The notes under the pieces are model-generated. The model worked only from the letters and a program-made list of their open reading frames with translations. It had not been told where the DNA came from and searched no databases. Below are positions 43,755 through 55,471 of a stretch of 64,000 bases of DNA, one piece after another. The position numbers and the translations under genes are program-made. This DNA is from Chamberlinius hualienensis (Eukaryota): positions 87,335 through 151,334 of the forward strand of contig BAAGAE010000030.1 of assembly GCA_054772095.1 (NCBI GenBank), in the 5' to 3' direction. The stretch's first letter is position 1. Each line of letters begins with the position of its first letter.

Positions 43755-45071
43755 CTTTGCCGCAAACGTCAGCTGAATAATAAAGCACAAATCCATTTAC
43801 CAAATTATAAAAATAAATGTGATTACGGAATCGCATGTTTCTTTTCTCTTTTTTTTTTATCATTATTTTCTTTTTTTTTCTCTGTGTTTCTCCCCCCTCG
43901 CTCTCTCTTTCTGTCTATCTATTTATCCGCCATCTTAATGTTTCTCTACCCAATCGATTTTGGCGTTGTTGTTTTCGAGGGGTTCTGTGATTGTTAAAGC
44001 GCCATCATATCCACTAGGGACATTCCCACAATCCCAAAACAACAATCTTTTTTTTTTTTTTATCTTGCTACGTAATTCAAGATGGCGTCTCTCCCACCAC
44101 CACCCCCTCACGTCCACCAATCCCTGATCTTAAAAAAAAACACAAGGCAAGTTGAGCGTCTGACTGCGTGTGTGTACATTCCCATTTATTTTTGTTTGCT
44201 TTTTGATGGGGTTGGCGCGCGTATTTTATTTCATTATCGAATCGTGCCATATGACTTCTTATCTTTCACAAGGCTTTCTCCATCCCTCTACATAAACCCC
44301 ATATACTTATATATATATATATTTGTCCTGTCTATGTGTTTTCTTCACTTTCTGTACATATACTGTATATATATATAAACTTTTTTTTATAACGTTACCG
44401 TTCTGCATCGTGCATAGTTATTATGTTTCTTGGTATATTTGTAACGCTCAAACGGCTCTGCTTAGATGCTTAGTTGCTCGTACAATCGATTTTTTTAATA
44501 CAAGATTCAGGTTGGCGGTATTGGGCCACGCAAGAGTCGAAAGTGAAGTCGAAAAGAGAGATGACGAGTAGACGTTACGTAAGATGTGTTGGGTGACACG
44601 TAATAACTACAACAGTCAGTGTTCACCATAATTTGCTGTGCTATTTACGACTCCATCCATGTCATTTCCCCCATCAGACGCCCTAGCTAACATTCAACTC
44701 TAATATGATTGCTGAGTGTTGGATAATCGCCTAAAGGGAATATAACAAAAACCCAAAAGGGAGGCTGATGACTGACTTTGAATAGGGCGGTTGACAAAGG
44801 GGAAGGAACAACTCTCTTCATTATATTATTAGTATCGGCATACAGATGAATCTTTATAGCAATTTAGATATTTCTTTTTTTTGGTTGCTTTTGCTCTATT
44901 ATTTATACATCCATGCAGACTGAAGGAGACAGGGTATTTGATTTGGCTAACGTTGTGGGGGAGGAAAAAAAATCATCTGCTAGATATACACGTATATGAT
45001 AGATACACATGAAATGGTAACAAATGTTGTGCAAATAGAGTTGAATATTAATTGTGTCTAACATGCGTTAA

Positions 45072-45079
45072 TGACGTCA
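45072..45079. promoter_or_regulatory. Perfect CRE aTGACGTCAt
   Basis: Direct reading. Confidence 0.5.
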
Positions 45080-45148
45080 TAATATAAGCTAGCATCACTC
45101 GCCTCAGTAAAAATGAAATTTCACAGTTTATTTACGGGAGTTTTTACT

Positions 45149-45172
45149 ACAGGGTGATTATTGACCGAATTC
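45149..45172. mobile_element. Solo terminus of the CAGGGTGATT MITE family (TA|CAGGGTGATTATTGACCGAATTCC). No matching right end was found.
   Basis: The same 10-nt terminus preceded by TA. No inverted partner is present downstream, so this is a truncated or decayed copy. Confidence 0.3.
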
Positions 45173-46437
45173 CTAAAATGTCGATGTGTAAAAATATGGT
45201 GGAATCAATTTCGATAGGAATTACAGTACATATTATTCAGAAGTGTTATTGACTTTTTATAGTTTGATTTTGTATCGAATTATGACTACCCAAGCTAATT
45301 GAATTTCCAGACTATGAAAGGTCTATCGCACTTCTGATTAACTTCTGCGATTAATGGGTTTCCACATAAAATTTGCTTTGGCACCTCGATATGCACCTTA
45401 CAGTTGACATCCTAATGTACTATATATGAATCATCTAGTAGGTTGGATACTCCATTTTTAGTTAACTATCTGTGCAGACGTCTGTACTTGTGTATTTTTC
45501 AGGCATCTTCGAGTCACTTGATGAGTTTAAGTGGATCTATTTTAAGAGTTCTGTAGCTATATTTTTATTTATATAGAAGAGATGCGGTTTTTTTATGTGA
45601 TGTTTTGACTCGTGATAGTTGACATCATTGGTGTTGATGGGAGGTTAATGGGTCGGTTGCAGTTCACTTAACTGACAAAGCAGATTTTCTTTTATTTTTA
45701 TGTAATTTAAACTGACGCCTTATTTTGTCGTCATCCGCTTTTTCTGCTCTGAACTAGCTGGCCCCTAGTCTCATGGTACATTATTAGAGAGGAAACCCAT
45801 TCTACAATTTGCATTGAGACTTGTTTGACTTTAAACTGCGCAATCACGTGACGCTGCACGACATCAGTTTATAAAGATGTCTACATCATATATGTATACG
45901 CAGCTGCTTTCTGCTTCCTGTGCTGCTTCCGGTTTCCGTTTGAGCAGATATATAGTGGCGTTAGAGATATGAAGAGCGTGATGGTGTTTTCCACGCTGTG
46001 GAATTGTTAAATTTTTTGGTGCTTGTAGTGTTGTGGGGGGCTGAATAATGTAGTGAGGTTGTTGTGATGGGGAGGAGATGTGTATATATATATATATATG
46101 AAGTAGGAGCTGAAGAGAGTTTGAGAGAGAAAAAAAATATATAGTTTCCCGCCAAAATCGATATCGCGAGGGTTGTTGGCTTTTGTTGTTTTTCACTCAG
46201 TCGCTCTCTCTAGCGTACATTTTGCACGCTATCAAAAACGCAGCGGTAGCAAACTAGCAAAGCGCGACTGGCGTTTGAGAGCAGACAACTACAGCTCTTT
46301 ATCGCTATCTTTTGACGCTCCCTAGAGGGCGTCGCAATCGACGAGTACCTTTTTGACTCGCATATCAATTCCCAACACCACCCCATTTCCGGTTATTTAA
46401 CAGGAGCTCTTTTAGTTCCTACTCCGGCTTTTGATCG

Positions 46438-46438
46438 C

Positions 46439-46469
<31 letters not shown>

Positions 46470-46471
46470 AT
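46438..46471. repeat. C18 homopolymer followed by (AC)8
   Basis: Direct reading. It lies inside a CpG-enriched segment. Confidence 0.9.
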
Positions 46472-46527
46472 ACTTTTCTCTTTTTCCTGCTAATTCGTCT
46501 GCCACTTTTTTCAAAGTGGACGTGTAC

Positions 46528-46544
46528 GCGCACCAGGTGGCGCT
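46528..46544. promoter_or_regulatory. Near-consensus CTCF-like motif CGCACCAGGTGGCGCT, inside a CpG-rich segment
   Basis: CCACCAGGTGGCGCT matches the CCASYAGRKGGCRSY consensus. Confidence 0.5.
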
Positions 46545-47530
46545 TTTGCCTTGTAACTAGCCTTTTTAATTCGATACGCGATGCTCGTTACGCAACTTAA
46601 TCACGTAATAAAACCATTTCGCTTCTTTTCCGTTGGCAAAACAACGTTTCATTTACCGCCACTGGAAAAAAAAACTTAATTTCCACTACAATTTCATTGG
46701 GGGAACGCAAAAGGAAAAGTAACAAGGAAAAAAAAATTTGGGAAGTTTAGTGAGAAAAAATTTAATGGAAATTTAAAGGAGACAAAAAAAATTTGTTTGT
46801 GTTTACTGCGCAGGCGTAGTGAAGAATTTTATGACTGTTTTATCAGCTGTTTACAAAAAGAGAGAAGCGGTGTTGGTGGTCGTTTGACGCTGGATTAACG
46901 TTGTTAATTTGTACGCATGCATGACAACACTAGTAAAAGAAGGGGAAAATGTTATAAAAAATTGTTTTTGCGTGTAATAGTATGTGTGTGTTTATTTGCG
47001 TGAGGGATATATTCATTATAGATTAAAATAAAGATGGAAAGGGGGGAAGAAGGTTGGCATTATTTTAATATATGTACCTACAGTATATATCTATGAAGAT
47101 GGCGTTTATTTGTGTGTGTCTGTGGGAGGGGAAAGATGTGATGCGAGGGCAATGTAATAAGTTCGTTGATGCGTAAATGAAAATGATCCTTATTACATAT
47201 GTCACCACGCCAGCTAATCTCTTTTCGCTCATAAAAAAGGTACTTGATCGTCGACAGAAGGGCCATTTGGTTGATTATCTTAGGCGAGCATTATGCTATC
47301 TCACCCCCACTGCCATTTTTCTAATTCTCACATCATTTTTTTTTTCTTCTCCCTCTCATTTTTCTTACATATTTTTTATACACACAAAAAGATGTTGCTT
47401 CTATCAATACACAATTCCCTTAACTATGTGGCTAAACCGCTCTTAGCCTCTCTCACTCTCGCTCTTTTATGTGGCCTTACGTAATGTCCTTTGCCATTTT
47501 TACATTATTCATGAGTTCGGTAGTCACCGT

Positions 47531-47538
47531 TGACGTCA
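47531..47538. promoter_or_regulatory. Perfect CRE TGACGTCA
   Basis: Direct reading. Confidence 0.5.
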
Positions 47539-48001
47539 TTTAAGATTTTTTTTTAATACGGTGTAAACTGCAAAATATGGGGTAGAATGGAACATCAAAT
47601 TTTTTAGTGAATTATAACATACGTGTGCAACATTATGATGGCGTGTCTTATGGATATTTGTGGTTGCAGGTGTTGTAAATTGAAGCCAACAGAGGGCGGT
47701 ACAAAAGAGAAGGCGGGGAGGGGAAATATTTAACTTTTAATAAAGCACTAATATTATACGTCGGTTAGAAATGAGATCAAGTTGCAGGGTTTCAATATCA
47801 ATGGCAGCAGACGTTTTCTCTCTCTCTCTCTCTCTATCTTGCTCTTACTTTGCTTTTATTTACCTTTTAAAAAGCTAGCACGCGTGAGTATAGGCGTGGT
47901 TTATGGCGCCTTTATAGTCTATGTGGCTCCTAGTAACGCCATTCAACGACAACTTTACACGTTCAATCTAAATTGTTCATAAATAAATAAATATCGGCTT
48001 C

Positions 48002-48019
48002 CGATAAATCGATTTATCG
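48002..48019. promoter_or_regulatory. 18-bp perfect palindrome CGATAAATCGATTTATCG (CGATA motifs on both arms)
   Basis: Direct reading. The sequence is identical to its own reverse complement. Confidence 0.4.
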
Positions 48020-48757
48020 ATCTTTTTTTCGCTCTCTCTACCTTTTGTTAGGATGGTTATAGTTTTTTATTGTTTGGTTTAATGACCCAAGTGGTAGATG
48101 ATGATGGTCATATTCACTCTTGTCAGCGGTTCGCGTGGTCGGATGTGGATAAATGCAGGAAATGAAATTAGCACACATTTTATTTTAGTAATTGAAATAG
48201 CAAAAAAAAAAAAAAACTTAGACCAACTACGCATGCGTATACTGTGCGCATGTGCGGATGGTGAAGGGATTTGTTGATTTGTAAATGTTTGCTATGTCAT
48301 AATGTTGTTGTAAACTGTTATGAAAGGACATCAAAAAAAGTTTCAAATAGCTGCGTCATCGTTTGCGAAGCAACTTCATACTTAAGATTTAAGCTGCCAT
48401 CTTGGTTTTCTTTTCTTTTTTTTTTGGTGTGTTGTTTGTCTGTTGATGTGTGGTGTATTTGATTGGATTAAAGTGTTGAGGAGAGATGTGTGGAGTATAT
48501 GGTGAGCGTGTGAAAACGAAAAAGAAATTAACAGCGCCCTCGTGTGGTGCTAAATGTGTGTGTATAAAAAGAAAATGGCTTTCCCTAAGGGAATTATATA
48601 AAGTAGCCTCAAACTCACTCTCTCATGCTACCTCGTTATTTTCCTGGGGGTTTTTTTTCTACCCTTTTCCAAATATATGGATGTCCCTCGAAATTAGATA
48701 CAGGGCGGGTTGACTGGGGTATTTTTTTAATCTACTTTGCGTTGTCATGACGTCATG

Positions 48758-48765
48758 GCATTAGT
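48758..48765. promoter_or_regulatory. Perfect CRE within the 12-bp palindrome CATGACGTCATG. It is the first of a pair 91 bp apart, with a CTCF-like GGTGGCG element between them.
   Basis: Direct reading. Confidence 0.55.
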
Positions 48766-48772
48766 AGGTGGC

Positions 48773-48788
48773 GAATGGGTGGGGTTTA
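48773..48788. promoter_or_regulatory. CTCF-like motif AGTAGGTGGCGAATGG lying between the two CREs
   Basis: Direct reading. Confidence 0.35.
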
Positions 48789-48848
48789 GGACCCTATCTA
48801 GATAAAAGGATTTCTTCCCACTTCACTCGGCTTAATTCCCTCTACTTA

Positions 48849-48856
48849 TGACGTCA
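48849..48856. promoter_or_regulatory. Perfect CRE aTGACGTCAt, second of the pair
   Basis: Direct reading. Confidence 0.55.
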
Positions 48857-49829
48857 TTTGTTGTAGGCTATCAAAGTGGAAATGAAGCGCTTGGGCTTTT
48901 TATATTGAGAAACGTTGCATCGTATAAAAAGCAGTTTATTGCGTCGTAAAAAGCGCGGGAGAAAACGACTTTATCATTTTATTGTTAATTTCGGCGTTTT
49001 TATATTTTTGTTTTCACCCACACCGCCCCATTTAACCGCTAAGTTAACTGCCAAGCTCCACCCATGTTTGTTTACTGTAGGAAAAAGCCTTTCAATTACA
49101 CGTCTAATCTTGTGCAAATACAGACGCAAATTAATCAGCTGTTAATTAATACCATTTTTTTTTATTTTTTTTTGTAAGAAGGCAAAATGTGCCTTTTTTG
49201 ACGCTTTAAATCTTTCAAGATTTATCGAGATGTTTTTTTATTGGTTTTTTTACGAGTGGAAACCGAAGAGAAGTTGTACATATATGTTGGACGTAAAGCG
49301 CCCCCTGGTGCCTGTCGTTTGATGTATTAACGACATCTATTGGCAAAGCTTATGACGCCATCATAGCCACCATCTCACCCATTTATACATATATATCCTT
49401 CTATACCAAACATTTTCATCGCCAAAAGGGATTTATCTGCGTTGATGTTCTCATCTAGCAAAATCGTTGACGTTCTCCCTCACTCTTTTTTTCTTTCTTT
49501 TTTTTTTGGATTGCGCTGCATGAAAGATGTATAAAAAGACAGAACGATGAAAGAGAGAAACGTAAGAGTGGGATGAGGAGGGGATTCATACACGTGTATG
49601 TTGAAAGCAACAGTACAGAGCTGACTTTTTTTTTACTTCTTTTTTTTTTTTTATGCAACTTATCAATAGTTTCGATCGATATGTGAGCTGGGTAATCACC
49701 ACCAATCGTTAAACCTTTGATCGCCATCTTGTGGCCACTTTCCTTAACATTTTGAGGTCAAAAAATATACTAAAAAAATCAATGAAAAAGTGAGAAAGAG
49801 GAAAACGAAATGACGGGTATTTCATATCT

Positions 49830-49837
49830 TGACGTCA
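49830..49837. promoter_or_regulatory. CRE TGACGTCAC
   Basis: Direct reading. Confidence 0.5.
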
Positions 49838-50822
49838 CAACATACGTGTATTTTAAAGCTGATGATGGGAGGAAAAATGTGGAAATAAGAATGAACTAGA
49901 TGGAATAGTTCTTAAGATTTAAGACATTGAAAAAAAATATCTGTTAGATTTTAATTAGCTACTTAGGATTTTGGATAATATTAATTTTTTTCTGAATTTT
50001 TAAGTGCGTCTTCAGCTAATTAAATTGTAGTTAAATCTATCCGGATGGAATTTAATTCGAATTAAAATATCTTTTGAGATTGTAAGTGATTCTTTGTCGT
50101 TATTTTAGTGCATTTTTTAGTTTATTATTTTTGCCTGTAGTTAAAAGTTCTGTCTGTTACCATGGCGACCTTCCAAGTTCATTGGCGTCTCTTTATTCAG
50201 TTGGCTTTTAAAATATTTTTTCCACGAAATTTTCTGCCTTTTATAAGATAAACTATTAATATAAATCTGTCTCGTATTAGATTGGCGATTTAAATCTCTG
50301 TTGGCTTATTTTGAGAATGGACTTTAACTTTGTTCCTATAATTTTTTCCAGCAGATTGAAATAAAAAGTACTTAGCGTTTTATTGAGTTTGCGGCAAATT
50401 GTGGTCTTAGATCAATATTTACTAAATTGTTAGACAAGATATATGACAACTAACGCAGCAGACGACATCTTTATAAGAGTTGGATGTGGGGCGGTTGAAT
50501 ATAGGTGTATCGAAGCCATTTGTGAAATTGGTCATCATCGAAAGATGTTTATGTTTGTTTATATTGTTGTCGTCATTTCATTTGCCAACGACCATTGGAC
50601 AACAATAAAAAGAAGGGGAAAGGGTATGGGTGGTTGATCCGTAGCTTTGAATGGGTGGTTTGAGGTGGTTTATGTTTTCTTTTTTATGGTCGCCAGTTGG
50701 ACAATTACTGACCATGGCATCATCCACGACTGACCGAACTTTAATGCGGTTTTGGTTTTATATCTTTGTCTATATACAACTTTCTTATTGTATTTCGAAA
50801 AACCAAAATAAAAAAGAGAGAT

Positions 50823-50841
50823 GGGGGGGGGGGGGGGGGGG
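50823..50841. repeat. G19 homopolymer
   Basis: Direct reading. Confidence 0.9.
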
Positions 50842-51175
50842 AGAGGAAACTAACCTCCGGATGTGATATTTATTCTTTTCACATAGACACCCAAAAACAA
50901 AAACAAAATATATATATATAAATAACCTTAACGAATACATACATATCAAGTAAAGCTGGATGGCGCTGTCTATACATACAACAACAAAAAAACATACATC
51001 GACTTTTTACGACGAGCGGAAAGAGCTTTTTTACCGGAAATGATGTGACGAAGCGACTTTTCTTTTTGGCGCTGAAAGCGATTGGAGGGGGATTTGAGGG
51101 AGATTTATATCCAGAAATGCAACGAAGAGTGATTCAGGAATAAGGAGGGGGAAAAAAATTTAAAGGGATCTTATG

Positions 51176-51183
51176 TGACGTCA
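51176..51183. promoter_or_regulatory. Extended CRE GTGACGTCAC
   Basis: Direct reading. Confidence 0.5.
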
Positions 51184-51597
51184 CTTTATCATTTATTATT
51201 TTTCTTCCCCCAACTTAAAAGTTTGCTTTTATTTTTAAATGTAGTTAGTTTTGACGAGACTTTATAGCTAATTTTATATAAATTTTCATATATTGTCTGA
51301 ACATTTAACTAAAATTTGATATATTTTTGTATAGGGAAGGAAAAAACGTTTATTGTATTTTTATGTTATAAAATGAACTAAATTGGCCTTTTATATAGAA
51401 TAAGATGCTAGATAAAAACTTTTTTATTATTTTCGCCTGCATTTTTAGTTGCTGGAATTTTTTTTTAAAGTTGAGCTATTATTAAATGGAAAAAAATGTT
51501 TTATAGGTTGTTTCCATTCGCAATAACAATAATATGTAAACGTTGTATTGGTTAGCATATTTTATCATGTATTCGACTGAAATTGTTAATGCGTTTT

Positions 51598-51605
51598 TGA
51601 CGTCA
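51598..51605. promoter_or_regulatory. Perfect CRE TGACGTCA
   Basis: Direct reading. Confidence 0.5.
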
Positions 51606-54600
51606 TCAGTTTAAATTTAATATACTGTATAAAATATTTATGTTGGTTTACTCCCAAATTTCTGTAGAAATTGTTTAAAATGGATTGTAATAGATATTTT
51701 CTTGCTCTTTAAAGAATAGTAAATTAAAAGTACTAAGTTTAAATTAAGGGTATTAAATTGTTGACATTATCACATTATTAAATTAAACATTTTGATGACA
51801 CCGTGTATATAATATTATGTGTGGAATACAGCGCCATCACTTTTATCTTTTAGTTATAAATTTATTCAATGGTGCTGAAGCTAGAGCTTTTTTTTTATAC
51901 TGGATATATATATTTATATTCCCCACTCTTTTCATTCACCAGGGGGCGTTATCTGCATATTTTATTCTTTACATCCTCCCAACTAAAAAAAATACTATAT
52001 ACTTTATATACATGGAAGTAGTGATAGAAAAAGACATAAAAAGTGCGAGTATAACTGTGTATATATTGGAGAATTTTCTTTAGCGTCATTTTTATTCTGT
52101 GTTTCCTCCATCTAAACACTTAATCCCAGCCATTTTCAACACTTTCCACAGTCACCACCTTCTATAATATGGGGGTGGGTCGAGGTGAGTATGTGTGTGT
52201 CTGAGTGAGGGGTGGCATAAGCAGGGAGGAAAACGAGGGTTAAAGGATTTAGCAGTTGATTAGGAAAGTGAAGGGAAGAACATTTAAGATTTACTCGATC
52301 ATCATCATCCATTTTGAGCTTCCGTATCCATCGTTTTTTTATATACAGTATGCGAGCGTATTTTTTTCTAGCTTGATCCTTTTTTATGTTATCATCGAGC
52401 TATCTTAGAATTACTCTGTATATATTTATATGTATGTATAAAAAAAAACTTTGCCATTGTGTCGCTGTTACGATTTATATTGTCGTTTTTATATAAAGAG
52501 GATTTTAAATTTACTTGCTAGTTTATGAGCGACCCCAACCGGCTGCCATTTTAGATATTTTCTTTTACTTTCTCTCTCTGTTTCTTCGTCAATTTAATTT
52601 GAATGCAGCAGACCGTTTTCGCTGTTGTTCACTGTGGTGGGTTTATATGTTGGATGGGGAGGGGGGGGAACTGTGTAAGATGTATATAAGGGGGTGGTTC
52701 ATATTATTTTTGTGAAGATGGAAGAAAATGTACGGAAGCCACGAATGGATACATAAGATAATGTCATATTCCCTCGAGCTTTCGATGTGGGGTGGATATT
52801 TTTTTCAACAAGGACTTATGAGGCAACGTAAAAGTCAAAGGGAAATCCTTCTTATTTTTCACCCTTTCTTTCCCCCGCCACCTCATCTTCTCTTAGTCTT
52901 CCCTAGGGCGAAGGGGGAGGGGGAAATAAAGAAAAAAATAAATGGGTGCTGTATATGAAGACTTTTATTTTCTTGAAATGTGCGGTTGCTGAAATCCATC
53001 TTATTTTATGGTCTGGAAACGAAATGAAACGTGAAAGCACTCTTCCTCCTCTTTTCTATTTTTACCCCCCTCCACCGCCAACCTCACCCCTTAACAACAC
53101 TCAACCATTTTTTATAATATACTTTACCCTCACTCAGCCATCATCTTTACGCTATATTTATTCCCTTAAACAAGCTACTGAAACAATTCCGATAGATGGC
53201 GCTTCATTACAAACGCCAACTCACACTACATATACACTACTTTTTATGTTAAACTATACTAACATTATAATTATATTTTTCATCCAAACTTACTTAAACT
53301 GTTTTGTTTACATTCAACATTTCACTTAAAAATAGTTTTAAAGTATTAGTTGTCGCCATTTTGCTACATCTGCTTTTTAACGGTGGTGCAGAAACGACAG
53401 CTGAATCTTATAAAAACACATTTTCACTTTATAACAGTTAACTGAGAGGGAGTCAGTTGTAAATATAGTTCAACATTTTATATATCTACAGTATATGCAC
53501 TCGTATAAGTGTGCGGCGTTGAAATTGTACCGCAAATATAAAAAAAAAACAATTTGACGTTGGATGATAAAAAATGTGGATGTGAGTGTGTGAGAGACGA
53601 TTTCCTGTTAAAGTTTTAACTCTCATTTCAACAATAACAACACAGTGAAGAAAATATATATAAAAATGTTTAGGGAAAGCAAATATTTATAATTTATTTG
53701 ACTAAAAGTAACCTTACGTCTTCCTCCATTGACACAACCCACTTTATTTTTATTCTAAGGGGAGGTTGGGGGTGGGCCAAATGGAAATGTGATAGTTGTC
53801 GTTCATATTTTATTCAGAGACATATGTACGTGTGTATAAGAAATATAAAATACCAAATATATGTGTGTATATAGTATATATACACTATATGTGCGAGTGG
53901 GGATGGGGAGTAGGTGTTTTGTCAAATATTCTAACTTTGAAGAAAGAAAAATAAAATTGGGAGAGAGTCGGGAAAAAAATTGCATTAAAATATGATAATG
54001 CAAAATATATATATATATATATGCATATGACGTGATGCAAAGAATATAGATTGAGTTTTTTTTTTTTTGTGACATTGATATTTACATAGAAGAAAACCGA
54101 ATCCATAGAAAAATGTCATCTTTTTTTTTTCTCATCGTCAATACTAAAATTCCTTGCACCATCTTTTATTTTCGTTATCAATTTTTTTTATTTTATCGAA
54201 AATTTGGTAAAATAAAATTGGATTTTTTTTACCATATTCTTTCTACTTCTTTGAATGAAATATTTAAATAAGTTTAGTATACACGAGTACGGATCGATAA
54301 CATGTATTTACTTAACGTCAACAAATGTAGAAACTTTTTTTTTATGCAGTATATATATATTTTTAACATCGAACATAAGTTATATAATCAATTTTCCGCA
54401 CAATGCAAGCTTTCAAAGTTTTAATTAACAGTTTATACTAAATTTATATTAATGTGAGGATTGTACTGTAGTTACATTTGTTGATTTTGAAAAAAAATTT
54501 CATTTTTTTAAGAATACAGTATGTTTGCGGCTTTCAATAGAGTTTACTTTTTTGGGGGAAAAGTAATAATCTGTTCGAAATACTTTTTTTCCTGGAAATG

Positions 54601-55157
54601 AATTTTATTACTTAATAAATATGTCTAATGAATGAACCTGTCAAGAGTACAGTATATTAATTTAAAAGTATGAAGCCATCTTTTGCGATTTATCGTTTCG
54701 ATACTGCTTATATAAATTTCAATCTATTTGAAATGAATGTTTATTTACTTATTTACGCAGCACTTTTTATCTCTCACTCTCTCTATTTCTGCCTTGTTCT
54801 TTATATTTTTATTAGCGATTGAAAATCGATCGATCGTAAATTGTGTGGTGAGTAGAGTGTGAACGTGGCTTCTTTATAGGGCCAAGGGGGAAAGTAGGAG
54901 TGGAAATTGGAAAGTGTGGGGAAAACTGTTAGGTTGGTGATGGTTAGATTGAAGATGGTTGGTTGTTGGGGGGGAGTGGGGGATAGAGTGAGGGAGTAAG
55001 GCGTGTGTGTGAAAGAAGGGGGAGGGTGGCGAGAGTATGATTTATGTAGATGTTAGCAATAAAGATAAATTGCTCTCCACTATCGCATAGATTGGCTCAT
55101 AAATTCTCAGTTAACTGCTGTGTAGAGGGCGCTTCATTCATCTCGTGCGTCTGGGAG

Positions 55158-55347
55158 CCGCCATTTTCATCTCTCGTTTTTTTTTATCTCATTTTTTTTA
55201 AATACAAATATAAAGGTCGATGTTGGATGGATGAAGGTTTTTATTAGGATTTGATGCGCGATTAAAATGGAAGGAGGAGAGCTTTTATTCGTATTTGTAT
55301 ATAAATAAATAAATTACACGGTTTTTTTTAATTTATTGCATTTTTTT

Positions 55348-55389
<42 letters not shown>

Positions 55390-55471
55390 AATGTTTTGAT
55401 ACAGTTTTTGACGTTATTGTGTTTTTGTTTTGTGTACTTGATTTGTGTGTGTTGTATGGCGGCCATTTTGC
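55158..55471. promoter_or_regulatory. Pair of Pho/YY1-like sites (GCCGCCATTTTC at 55158 and GGCGGCCATTTTG at 55459) flanking the (TC)19 repeat
   Basis: Direct reading. The GA/TC repeat (a GAGA-factor-type element) sits between the two GCCAT sites. Confidence 0.4.
55349..55386. repeat. (TC)19 microsatellite
   Basis: Direct reading. Confidence 0.95.

Larger units (their letters stand above)
46200..46620. promoter_or_regulatory. CpG-enriched island in the middle of the 38-kb intron (many CG, CGCG, a C18 tract and a CTCF-like site). Candidate internal promoter or insulator.
   Basis: CG dinucleotides are visibly more frequent here than in the surrounding AT-rich sequence, for example in gcgcgactggcg, gcgtcgcaatcgacg and acgcgcaccaggtggcgc. 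Confidence 0.3.

Noticed and set aside
42748-53201. Identical 14-mer CCGATAGATGGCGC at 42748 and 53188
   Set aside because: Several chance 14-mer coincidences are expected in 64 kb. The flanks are unrelated. It was kept only as two more AGATGGCG (YY1-type) sites.
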